From contig CAYHBO010000004.1 in the NCBI GenBank assembly GCA_964354855.1, forward strand, positions 213-64,212: a DNA stretch of 64,000 nt. The letters are read 5' to 3'. Positions 1-8,730 of the stretch are shown here, in pieces. Source of the stretch: an uncultured Pseudomonadota bacterium. Lineage in GTDB: Bacteria > Babelota > Babeliae > Babelales > RVW-14. The stretch's first letter is position 1. Each line of letters starts with the position of its first letter. The position numbers and the translations under genes are program-made. Below the pieces are notes generated by a model, which was given only the letters and a program-made list of their open reading frames with translations, was not told the origin of the DNA and did not search any database.

Positions 1-57
1 AAACAGATAAGCACCTTAATAACGACATTCTGGTTTGAAACTATTTATAACCATTTA

Positions 58-627
58 ATGACCATAGGTGATGGCAGTAAAGATTCGTACGATGATGATG
101 TATATGAAAACTTTCAAAAGATATTATACAAGTCAGACGAACCAAAACTGAGAAATCAATTAGAACAATTCCAGAAAAACGAAGTTATATTTACCAAAAT
201 GGCTTATTTAAATAAGCAAATTTCAGAGTTACTCAACATCCATGATGAAAGCAGCCCTGAACTCATTCGTAATCTTGTACTAGAAACTGGCATACCTATG
301 TTAAAAGCTTCAGCAGAATTATTAAAAAGTTGTGGTGGGCGAGGAAAAGGACTTAAAGATGCTCTAGCTGAGAAACAACAAGAGTTAGAAGCAAATTTTC
401 CAAGTTCCGTAAAAAAAATAAAAGAAAAATATAAAAGAACCAATCATGCACACGGAGCCAAGCAATCTTTAGATCCATTCAAAGGATTTAAACGTAGAAA
501 AACTAGAGATGAAAAAAGACGTGCCAAGATACGAGAAGAAGCTCTTGCCGCTAGAAGAAACAAGATTGGAGCAAACGCAACACAAACATCAAACGATAAT
601 CTGGAAGTAGAAGTTGACCAAAGATAA
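58..627 (+). CDS. Hypothetical charged protein (K/R/E-rich C-terminus), possibly 5'-truncated by the window edge
   Basis: ORF track 58..627. The same frame has no stop back to nt 1 and there is no obvious SD before ATG-58, so the gene may start upstream of the window. No recognisable domain. A strong terminator lies 20 nt downstream. Confidence 0.4.
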   Translation: MTIGDGSKDSYDDDVYENFQKILYKSDEPKLRNQLEQFQKNEVIFTKMAYLNKQISELLNIHDESSPELIRNLVLETGIPMLKASAELLKSCGGRGKGLKDALAEKQQELEANFPSSVKKIKEKYKRTNHAHGAKQSLDPFKGFKRRKTRDEKRRAKIREEALAARRNKIGANATQTSNDNLEVEVDQR

Positions 628-646
628 CCTTTAATATTTCAATCAT

Positions 647-679
647 AAAAAAAGGCGCCCCTTAAAAGGCGCCTTTTTT
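647..679 (+). terminator. Intrinsic terminator (A7-GGCGCC-ccttaaaa-GGCGCC-T6), potentially bidirectional
   Basis: GC stem flanked by an A-run and a T-run, directly after the stop of 58..627. Confidence 0.75.
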
Positions 680-792
680 GTTTAACGCTTAATAGTCTCT
701 TGTGCCGCTTCAATATAACTATCCAAACTTTTTCCAACCGACTGATAAATAATCTCATAAAAAGCATCTTTCTTTTAGGCAAGCTACCTAAT

Positions 793-823
793 AAAAAAGG
801 CGCCTTTTAAGGGGCGCCTTCTT
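793..823 (-). terminator. Intrinsic terminator of the pal-like gene; reverse-complement copy of the 647..679 hairpin
   Basis: A6-GGCGCC-ttttaagg-GGCGCC-TTCTT, 25 nt beyond the stop of minus-strand ORF 848..1534. The core equals the reverse complement of 647..679. Confidence 0.7.
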
Positions 824-847
824 AAACTTTAAACGTTTCTTAACGAA

Positions 848-1534
848 TTAAGCAACGTTAACTTCTGCACGACGATTAGGTGCTAAGTCTTTGATTTTTT
901 CTGCACGATCTGCGCTATCACTCCAAACAAGTGGAGCTTCATAGCCCAAACCCAAGGTTTTTACCTTTTCTGCTGGTAAGCCATCTCTCATCATTTCTTT
1001 TTTAACTGCTTCTGCTCTTTTTTGTGAAAGCGCAACATTGTAAGCAGCTGAACCGATTTGACAAGTATGACCCGCAACAACAACATCTTTTCCTGAAGCT
1101 ATTGCTTGTTTTGCAAGTTGAATGTCTTTTTTCACGCTTGATGCTTGATCTTTTCTGATGTCATTTTTATTGAAATCAAATTGAACACGGTTAAATGATT
1201 CACTATCAAGGTCTAAGTTTGCCGCTAATTCTTGGTCTGATTTGCCTTCTTTATCTAATGCAATGGTGTAGTTTTTCTTTGAATGTTTATCACTCACCGC
1301 AACCATCTTGCCATTTTCGTCATAAAGTTCATCGGTATCAACAAAAGCAAACTCGTTATCAGCATCAGCATCTAACAATGATTGGTTTTCTTGTAATAAA
1401 AGAGGAACGTCACCATCTTGGCTAAGAGAAGCTACATGTTTGTTTTTAGATTTTTTCGATGGGCACTCACCCTTTTTACCACAACCAACAATAAGAAGTG
1501 ATCCGGAAAGCAATAACGCTAACGTCTTCTGCAT
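848..1534 (-). CDS. pal: Peptidoglycan-associated lipoprotein / OmpA-family lipoprotein
   Basis: Lipoprotein signal MQKTLALLLSGSLLIVG|C (lipobox IVGC). C-terminal OmpA-like domain (GHTCQIGSAAYNVALSQKRAEAVKKEM...APNRRAEVNV). Confidence 0.75.
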   Translation of the reverse strand: MQKTLALLLSGSLLIVGCGKKGECPSKKSKNKHVASLSQDGDVPLLLQENQSLLDADADNEFAFVDTDELYDENGKMVAVSDKHSKKNYTIALDKEGKSDQELAANLDLDSESFNRVQFDFNKNDIRKDQASSVKKDIQLAKQAIASGKDVVVAGHTCQIGSAAYNVALSQKRAEAVKKEMMRDGLPAEKVKTLGLGYEAPLVWSDSADRAEKIKDLAPNRRAEVNVA

Positions 1535-1669
1535 AAATTCTCCTTCGTAGAATTATTTTATGAATAGTATTTATTTTGCATTTACAACATCTGTATACTC
1601 ATCCTGAAAAAGGACTGAGCAAAGATATCACAACTTAAAGTAATTTACTACATCAATTTTACTACTCAA

Positions 1670-1678
1670 TGGTATAAT
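1670..1678 (+). promoter_or_regulatory. Putative extended -10 promoter element (TGgTATAAT) upstream of rng
   Basis: tggtataat at 1670-1678, about 90 nt upstream of the GTG start at 1768. No good -35. Confidence 0.3.
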
Positions 1679-1767
1679 TCTTGTTTATACTGCTACTATC
1701 AATTATGATTTTTTTAAAATGTAAAAAATAAACGATTAGCGTTACCCTCAAAATACAAGGCCAGTTT

Positions 1768-3282
1768 GTGAAAAAAATAATCATCAATAACGAAATCTGG
1801 CAAACACGTATTGCTGTGTTGTCTGAGAATAAACTACAAGATCTTTACTTCGATGTAGCAAGTAAAACCGATCTTGATCGTTGCTTTTTCAAAGGACGCA
1901 TATCAAAGGTATTACCTGGCATTCAAACAGCATTTGTTGACATCGGGCAACAGAAGTCAGGTTTTTTACATATCACCGAAGTTGATCGTGAGCTTGCTAG
2001 TGAAAAAATTTTTGCCGGCGTACAAACCGATGAAGATCAGGATAAACCAAAAGAACGCATTCCCAGAGTTTCACTAAATATCAGCAAAATTTTTAAAGAG
2101 AATGATGACGTCCTCGTACAAGTCATCAAAGAACCGATCCACGAAAAAGGACCAAAACTCACTACCTGTTTTACACTGCCAGGAAAATTCATTGTCCTTA
2201 TGCCAAACATTCCTCAAATCGGTATTTCTCGAAAAATAGAAGACCGTGAAGAACGGGCACGACTCAAAGAAGTTCTCTCACACATCTTACCAAAAGGTAT
2301 GGGAGCCATTGTCAGGACCACCGCCGAAAGTCGCAAGACCGCAGACCTTAAACGTGATATCGGCTTTCTGGTTGCCACTTGGAACTCGATTATGAAAAAA
2401 TTCAAAAAAGCTCAACCAGGCACCAAGGTTCATGAAGATATTCCATTGTCACTACGAGTCGTTAGAGACCAACTTGATGAAGATGTCGAAATGGTATTAA
2501 CCGACAATCAAAAAGATCTTCAAGGAATTTCAAAGTTTGTAAAATCCTTTACTCCAGAGTTGGCTGATAAAGTTCAACTTTACACAGAAGACACCCCAAT
2601 ATTTGATAAATTTAATCTTGAAAAACAAATCGCCAGTGCACTGCAAAAGAAAGTTTCTCTCAAGTCTGGCGGAAGTCTTATTATTGAGTCAACCGAAGCA
2701 ATGACCGTCATCGACGTCAACACCGGAAAATTTATCGGCTCAAACAGCCATGAAGAAACGATACTACAAACAAATCTTGAAGCGGCCGACGAAATTGTTA
2801 CACAACTTCGCTTACGTAACATCGGCGGTCTTATCGTTATCGATTTTATTGATATGGCGGTTTCATCTAACCGACAACGATTATCACGATTTCTAGAGAA
2901 AACGCTTAAAGAGCGTGATAAATACCAATCGGTAACCCTACGTATTTCAGAGTTTGGCATTGTTCAAATGACCCGTAAACGATCAGGTAAAACGTTAACA
3001 CAACAACTAACCACGAACTGTTTAACGTGCCATGGGCTTGGATTTGTTAAATCAACTTCAGCGATTGGATTTGAAATCTTACATCAGATACAGCTCAAAC
3101 TTGCGTTAAAGCCGGCACAAGGGTCATTAACCCTTTCATTGGCTCCTACCATTTATGATTATCTGATCCAGTATGAATACAAGTCAATTTTGCAAATCGA
3201 AAAAGACCTAAACTGCAAAATTACTCTTGAAAAAAATGACAAAAACGAAGGCGCGCAATTTCAATTGCTTCCCGCCAAATAA
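1768..3282 (+). CDS. rng: Ribonuclease G/E family endoribonuclease
   Basis: GTG start. N-terminal S1 domain (GRISKVLPGIQTAFVDIGQQKSGFLHITEV). Catalytic region with TEAMTVIDVNTGKF and GGLIVIDFIDM. The 504-aa size fits RNase G. Confidence 0.85.
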   Translation: MKKIIINNEIWQTRIAVLSENKLQDLYFDVASKTDLDRCFFKGRISKVLPGIQTAFVDIGQQKSGFLHITEVDRELASEKIFAGVQTDEDQDKPKERIPRVSLNISKIFKENDDVLVQVIKEPIHEKGPKLTTCFTLPGKFIVLMPNIPQIGISRKIEDREERARLKEVLSHILPKGMGAIVRTTAESRKTADLKRDIGFLVATWNSIMKKFKKAQPGTKVHEDIPLSLRVVRDQLDEDVEMVLTDNQKDLQGISKFVKSFTPELADKVQLYTEDTPIFDKFNLEKQIASALQKKVSLKSGGSLIIESTEAMTVIDVNTGKFIGSNSHEETILQTNLEAADEIVTQLRLRNIGGLIVIDFIDMAVSSNRQRLSRFLEKTLKERDKYQSVTLRISEFGIVQMTRKRSGKTLTQQLTTNCLTCHGLGFVKSTSAIGFEILHQIQLKLALKPAQGSLTLSLAPTIYDYLIQYEYKSILQIEKDLNCKITLEKNDKNEGAQFQLLPAK

Positions 3283-3291
3283 AGGACTCTC

Positions 3292-4752
3292 ATGACCCAA
3301 AAAACCGCTTTAGAAAAGTACCCTACCTATAGTGCTACCATTGGTATGGAAGTACATGTCCAATTAAAAACAAACACAAAAATTTTCTGCTCATGCCCGA
3401 ACAAGTTTGGAGAACAACCAAACACCAATCTTTGTGAAATTTGCGCTGGCTACCCAGGAGTACTTCCCGCACTCAATAAGAAAGTGGTCGACTTTGCCAT
3501 CATGGCCGGACTTGCCACCAACTGCACCATCACTCAGCACACAACTTTCTCACGCAAACATTACATGTACCCGGATCTGCCAAAAAATTATCAAATCACT
3601 CAAGACAAAAACCCAATCTGTCAAAACGGTCACATCATCATTGATCAACCTGATGGTAGTGAAAAAAAGATTCGCATCGAACGTATCCATATGGAAGAAG
3701 ATGCGGGAAAAAATATTCATGCAAGCACGAATAAAGGCTGGGTTGATCTAAACCGTGCCGGAACACCACTACTTGAAATTGTCAGCCAACCGGATATGAA
3801 CAGTGCCGCTGAAGTTCGTGCCTATCTCATGCAACTTCATACCATTGTTCGTTATCTTGGCATCAGCGATGCTAACATGGAACAAGGCTCATTCCGCGCC
3901 GACGTCAACGTCTCAGTCAAAAAGAAAGATACTGAAAAACTTGGCACCAGAGTTGAAGTGAAAAACGTAAACTCGTTTCGCTATATCTGCCAAGCAATTG
4001 ATTACGAAATTGAACGCCAAATCGAGATGATTGAAAACGGCGAACGCGTTAGACAAGAAACCCGTCAATGGGACAGCAAAGAGCAAATTACCATCTTCAT
4101 GCGCTCTAAAGAAGAAGCTCAAGATTATCGCTACTGCCCAGAACCTGATTTACCTGACATTATTATTGATGATGCATGGCTTAAAAGATCTTCAGATAGC
4201 CTACCAGAATTACCTCATGCAAAACATCATCGCTTTCTTAGCAATTACAAGCTTACTCCGTATGAAGCTGAAATTTTAATTGATGATCTAGCACTAGCAA
4301 ATTTTTTTGAAGAAGTTGCAACAAAGAGCAATAATCCAAAATCATCCAGCAACTGGATTCTTAGAGACTTCCTTGGGTATCTTAAAGAACATAAGCTTGA
4401 GTTACATGACGTAAAAGTCACATCAGAACATCTTGCGAACTTGATTATTGAAATTGATAAAGGCACCATCAACAGCAAGTCAGCTCAGGAAGTGTTCGCA
4501 GACATGATGAGCTCAGGAAACATGCCAATCGATATCATCAAAACTAAAGGCTTACACCAAATCGGCTCAGCGGATGAACTTGAGACAATTGTAAAACAGA
4601 TCATCACTAACAACCCTGACAACGTTGCCAAGTTTAAGGCAGGCAATGATCGAGTATTTCCATTCTTTGTTGGTGAAGCCATGAAGGCAACTAAAGGAAA
4701 AGGGAATCCACAATTGTTAACGGCGTTACTTAAAAAACATTTAGAGTCTTAG
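3292..4752 (+). CDS. gatB: Asp/Glu-tRNA(Asn/Gln) amidotransferase subunit B
   Basis: Classic GatB N-terminus (YSATIGMEVHVQLKTNTKIFCSC...CEICAGYPGVLP), the HMEEDAGK motif and a C-terminal YqeY-like tail. Confidence 0.95.
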   Translation: MTQKTALEKYPTYSATIGMEVHVQLKTNTKIFCSCPNKFGEQPNTNLCEICAGYPGVLPALNKKVVDFAIMAGLATNCTITQHTTFSRKHYMYPDLPKNYQITQDKNPICQNGHIIIDQPDGSEKKIRIERIHMEEDAGKNIHASTNKGWVDLNRAGTPLLEIVSQPDMNSAAEVRAYLMQLHTIVRYLGISDANMEQGSFRADVNVSVKKKDTEKLGTRVEVKNVNSFRYICQAIDYEIERQIEMIENGERVRQETRQWDSKEQITIFMRSKEEAQDYRYCPEPDLPDIIIDDAWLKRSSDSLPELPHAKHHRFLSNYKLTPYEAEILIDDLALANFFEEVATKSNNPKSSSNWILRDFLGYLKEHKLELHDVKVTSEHLANLIIEIDKGTINSKSAQEVFADMMSSGNMPIDIIKTKGLHQIGSADELETIVKQIITNNPDNVAKFKAGNDRVFPFFVGEAMKATKGKGNPQLLTALLKKHLES

Positions 4753-4778
4753 AAGAGGGGTCGATCCCTCTTATTTTT
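4753..4778 (+). terminator. Intrinsic terminator of gatB
   Basis: aagaggg-gtcgat-ccctctt followed by atttttac, immediately after the TAG stop at 4750-4752. Confidence 0.7.
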
Positions 4779-4814
4779 ACCTTAGTACCCTGACAGAATT
4801 ATTTTATTTTAGAA

Positions 4815-4950
4815 CACGTCATCCTCGCGTATACGGGGATCCAGGACTTCTTTCTTCTTTAAAATTTTTATACTTCTTTTTTTAAAAAAGTTTTTAGAAA
4901 GTCAGTAAAAATAAGTAAGACCTGGATCCCCCAATTCGCGAGGATGACGT
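4815..4950. repeat. Inverted pair of a ~30-nt REP-like palindromic unit (acgtcatcctcgcg-N5-ggggatccagg) separated by a 75-nt AT-rich spacer
   Basis: 4816-4845 versus the reverse complement of 4921-4950: 25/30 identical, with a differing central pentamer. Each arm is itself a partial palindrome. Lies between the convergent gatB and deacetylase genes. Confidence 0.8.
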
Positions 4951-4970
4951 AACACGCGTAATAACTTTGA

Positions 4971-5840
4971 TTAACTCTCTTCTTTTCTCGCTTTCTTCCC
5001 AGGATGTTCATCATCAGATTCGCTCTCTTCTTCATCAGAAGACTCATCACTAGAAGCTTCATCATCGGCATCGTCTGTAAACATATGACTACAAGCATTT
5101 TGACGAACCATGGTCGGTTCATCACCGAAGAGCGTCGGCAAATCAACAATCTCATAACCTTCTCGCTTTAACGTACGAATAAGACGTCTCAATTCTTTTA
5201 TCGTCCGACCTTCATATTTTTCTTTTAAATGTATCAAAATAATATCATCTCCCGAGTGACGCCAATCTTTTGGGTTGCTACGTTGCAACTGCTGCATAAT
5301 CACATTAACAAGATCATCAGCAGTCACATCTTCCTTCCAATCTTGTGGATCAACCGACCAGATAATAATTCTGTAGCCTGCCGCTTTAAGATTTTTAAGC
5401 ATGTCATCATTTAAGTTGCCACCAAACGGCCGAAAGAATTTATCTCTCCCTTGTTTCGGTAAAAGATTTGAAGCTAATGCTCCTTTATCTCCTTGAACCC
5501 CAATCACATGACCAGCTTCAGCTATTTTTTGAACAACCCCAGCTTCATCATTATCCAACAAAGTACCATTGATAAAAAATGATGCTCTCACCTGTTTCTT
5601 TTCAAGCAGTTCAAGTATCTCTCTAATCAACTTACCATGTTCAATATCACTAAACGTAATAGATACACGCTTTGCGGTAGTTGGACCTTGTACAAAAACA
5701 TTAGACCCTTCAACTTGGCATGCTTCACGAATTATTTGTCCCCAGGGTTTCTTTGGTATTTCTGGCTGTGGGGCCTCATTCATAGAAAACACAAAATATG
5801 GTTGAGTGATAAGAAGTATCGTTAAGAACGATTTTTTCAT
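4971..5840 (-). CDS. Secreted polysaccharide deacetylase (NodB/CE4-like) with degenerate metal/catalytic motifs and an acidic C-terminal tail
   Basis: Signal peptide MKKSFLTILLITQPYFVFS. CE4-like motifs RPFGG, DPQDW and IILIHL are present, but motif 1 reads TFSD and no H(S/T)xxH is seen. Tail is DDADDEASSDESSDEEESESDDE. Confidence 0.65.
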   Translation of the reverse strand: MKKSFLTILLITQPYFVFSMNEAPQPEIPKKPWGQIIREACQVEGSNVFVQGPTTAKRVSITFSDIEHGKLIREILELLEKKQVRASFFINGTLLDNDEAGVVQKIAEAGHVIGVQGDKGALASNLLPKQGRDKFFRPFGGNLNDDMLKNLKAAGYRIIIWSVDPQDWKEDVTADDLVNVIMQQLQRSNPKDWRHSGDDIILIHLKEKYEGRTIKELRRLIRTLKREGYEIVDLPTLFGDEPTMVRQNACSHMFTDDADDEASSDESSDEEESESDDEHPGKKARKEES

Positions 5841-5940
5841 ATAAGACCCTCTTTTAATAAAAATTTGATTATCTCTAAAACACTTTATTTATAAGCTTAT
5901 TTTGGCATAAAAACACTTCAATAAGCAATGGTTTAACTTT

Positions 5941-5987
5941 AAAAAGTAATGCTTTCTGAGTGAAAGCATTACTTTTTATTTTTTTTT
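5941..5987. terminator. Orphan terminator-like hairpin in a divergent intergenic region
   Basis: Perfect 12-bp stem agtaatgctttc/gaaagcattact with loop tgagt, A-run upstream and a long T-run downstream. No annotated gene ends here. Confidence 0.5.
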
Positions 5988-6040
5988 AAGCATTAAACAA
6001 GATATTATTGCTGTTTCTCGTAGCAAAATCTCTTAAAATT

Positions 6041-6102
6041 CGTTACGTTATCAATCGAAATTCGCCCAGTTTTTCTGGGTATTTTTAATTGGTAACGTAA
6101 CG
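6041..6102 (+). promoter_or_regulatory. Structured leader upstream of the aminotransferase-murC operon
   Basis: 13-nt inverted repeat cgttacgttatca (6041-6053) / tggtaacgtaacg (6090-6102), 12/13 complementary. It encloses the small hairpin cccag-ttttt-ctggg (6065-6079), which is followed by tattttt. Confidence 0.35.
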
Positions 6103-6134
6103 TTCATCCCATTACCCATTTTAAGGTTGCGCTC

Positions 6135-7289
6135 ATGTTAGAAGTCCCTCTTTCCGGTATAAAAAGAATTGAAGAAGTTGCAGGCAGCAGCAAAGAACAT
6201 ATTTCCCTATCACAAGGGTCCATCAAAGTTGGTGGCATACCTCAAGAAATAAAAAAGTACATCCAAACACTTCTAGAAAGTGATATCACCGACTACTACC
6301 AAAGCTGCTGGGGTCTCAAAGTTTTACGTGAACGCCTCACAAAAATGGTACATGAAGAGTTTCAATCCCCTATCGATATGAAGCAAATAATTCCAACTCA
6401 CGGTTGCATTGGAGGACTTTCTCTTATCTACCTCACACTTCTTAATCCAGATGACGAAGTTATTATCCCTGAGCCGGCTTACCCTGCGTATGGTTTACTT
6501 ACTCATGTCACACGCAGCAAAGCAGTTTTTGTAAGTTGCTTGGTAAAATCGTCTGAAGATATCGGTGGCTTAACCTATGAATTCGACATCGATAAAATTA
6601 AAGCAGCCGTCACAAGTAAAACAAAAATTATTATTTTTTCTAACCCGAACAATCCTGCAGGAATTATCATTCCACCAGCGGTCATTCGCGAATTACTTAC
6701 CTTTTGTGAAGAACACGGCATTTACCTCGTTGTTGATGAAGCGTATCGCAACTATGTTTTTGAAGGCACCTTCCAATCAACACTCACCATGATGCATCAA
6801 TCAGAATTTCTGATTTCAGCAAATACCTTCTCAAAAAATTTTGCAATGAGTGGATGGCGTATCGGCTATCTTGTTGTCCCTCAAAAACTTGCCCACGCGC
6901 TTGCCGGCATGCAGGATGCACTCCTCAATTGTCTTAACAACACCGCACAATACGCAGCTCTATATGCTCTTGATCGTCCAGAGTACAGCAGAGACTTTCA
7001 TGCCAAGGTTTTACATAACCGCGATGTTGCTATGCACATGTTGCAACCTCTGGTTGAAAAAGGTGTCATTAGCTACGCAAAACCACATGGCGGATTTTTC
7101 TTACTCTTGAAAACCGAACTTGATGATGCAACTGATTTATGTATGGGCATCTTAAATCAAGCAAAAGTTGGCGTCATTCCAGGATCTTCATTTGGCCCAT
7201 CAGGAAAACCATACTTCCGTGTTTGCTACGCACGTGAACCTGAAATTTTAGCAGAAGGCATTCGCAGACTCGTCAATTACTTAGGGTAG
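6135..7289 (+). CDS. PLP-dependent aminotransferase, class I/II (AspC-like)
   Basis: PLP-lysine motif SKNFAMSGWRIGY. Also PNNPAG, DEAY, and C-terminal FRVCYA typical of the family. Confidence 0.85.
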   Translation: MLEVPLSGIKRIEEVAGSSKEHISLSQGSIKVGGIPQEIKKYIQTLLESDITDYYQSCWGLKVLRERLTKMVHEEFQSPIDMKQIIPTHGCIGGLSLIYLTLLNPDDEVIIPEPAYPAYGLLTHVTRSKAVFVSCLVKSSEDIGGLTYEFDIDKIKAAVTSKTKIIIFSNPNNPAGIIIPPAVIRELLTFCEEHGIYLVVDEAYRNYVFEGTFQSTLTMMHQSEFLISANTFSKNFAMSGWRIGYLVVPQKLAHALAGMQDALLNCLNNTAQYAALYALDRPEYSRDFHAKVLHNRDVAMHMLQPLVEKGVISYAKPHGGFFLLLKTELDDATDLCMGILNQAKVGVIPGSSFGPSGKPYFRVCYAREPEILAEGIRRLVNYLG

Positions 7290-7296
7290 GAGCATC

Positions 7297-8691
7297 ATGT
7301 ACAAAAAAATAGAACACATCCATTTCATGGGTATTGGTGGCATTGGCGTCAGCGGCATTGCAGAAATTGTACGGCTTCAAGGCTACCCGGTCTCCGGATG
7401 TGATGTCAGTACGTATGGAAAAACAATTGAACACCTCAAAACACTCGGTTGCGAAATTTATCAAGGTCATAGCTGTGATCACATTAATAATGCTGATGTT
7501 TTAGTTTACTCATCAGCGGTCAAACAAGACAATGTTGAAGTACAAGCAGCTTTAACAAAAGGCATTCCGGTCATCCCTCGCGCCATCATGCTTGCCGAAC
7601 TCATGCGCACAAAGCTAAGCATCGCCGTCTCAGGTATGCACGGAAAAACAACAACTACATCATTAATCTCACATATCTTAATCGAAGCAGAACGCAAGCC
7701 AACCGTCGTTATTGGTGGCATGTTAAAAAGCATTGATGCAAACGCACAACTGGGCGATAGTGATTTATTAATTGCTGAAGCTGACGAAAGTGATCGTTCA
7801 TTACTCTACCTAAACCCTACAATGGCTGTTGTTACGAACATTGATGCAGAACATCTTGATGTGTACGCAGACATTGCTGATATCAAACAAACCTTTAAAA
7901 ATTTTTTAGCACGACTTCCTTTTTATGGGAAAGCATTTCTATGCATCGATGATCCACACATTCAATCCATTCTACCCTTACCACACATCAGCTGTGTTAA
8001 ATATGGCTTTAGCACAAAAGCTGATCTTATGGGAAACCTAATCGCACTCAATCCATCACAATCAATTTTTGATGTGTACCATGCTGGAGCGTTTCTTGGA
8101 AAAGTAACGTTGAATATCCCTGGTGAGCATAATGTACTTAACGCATTAGCAGCCATTGCTGTCTGTCGGGAGCTTGAAGTTCCATTTGACGTCATTGCAC
8201 AAGCTCTCACAACATTCCGTGGCGTTGAGCGTCGCTTTGAATTCAAAGGGGTTTACCGTGGTACCGAGATTTTTGATGACTATGGCCACCACCCGGTAGA
8301 AATAAAAAAGACATTAATCGTTGCTCAACGAAGAAAAAAAAATAAACTTCATGTGTTATTTCAACCACATCGATACACACGCACTGAAAAGCTGTGGGAC
8401 GACTTTGTAGATATTTTCACGACAAATCATGGCTATGAAATAAGTTCACTCTTTCTTACCGAAATTTTTCCTGCAAGTGAAAATGCTATTCCTGGTATCA
8501 CCGGAAAACGTCTTGCTGAAGCCATTAAATTAAAAAATCCTCACATCAATATTACCTTCTGTCGTACATATGATGAGATTGTCACTTTGATAAAACCATT
8601 ACTCACTGATGGCGATTTACTGCTCACCGTCGGGGCTGGCAAGATTAATATCGTCGGAGAAACACTTCTCAAAACAGAACTCACATCATAA
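7297..8691 (+). CDS. murC: UDP-N-acetylmuramate--L-alanine ligase
   Basis: [16 protein letters not shown], P-loop [17 protein letters not shown], and full length of 464 aa. Confidence 0.95.
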   Translation: [464 protein letters not shown]

Positions 8692-8730
8692 AAAATTTCT
8701 ATTTTGTTGGCAGCAACATTTTCTCTATCA
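8688..8730 (+). pseudogene. Displaced 5' fragment of the downstream OM-protein gene (duplication junction)
   Basis: 8701-8730 (attttgttggcagcaacattttctctatca) is 26/30 identical to 9571-9600 (codons 8-17 of ORF 9550..11571). The preceding aaaaaattt resembles atgaaaaagtt of that gene's start. Confidence 0.6.

Noticed and set aside
4868-5155. 95-aa minus-strand ORF overlapping the deacetylase 3' end and the REP-like repeat
   Set aside because: It is out of frame with the conserved deacetylase ORF and runs through the palindromic repeat. No support.
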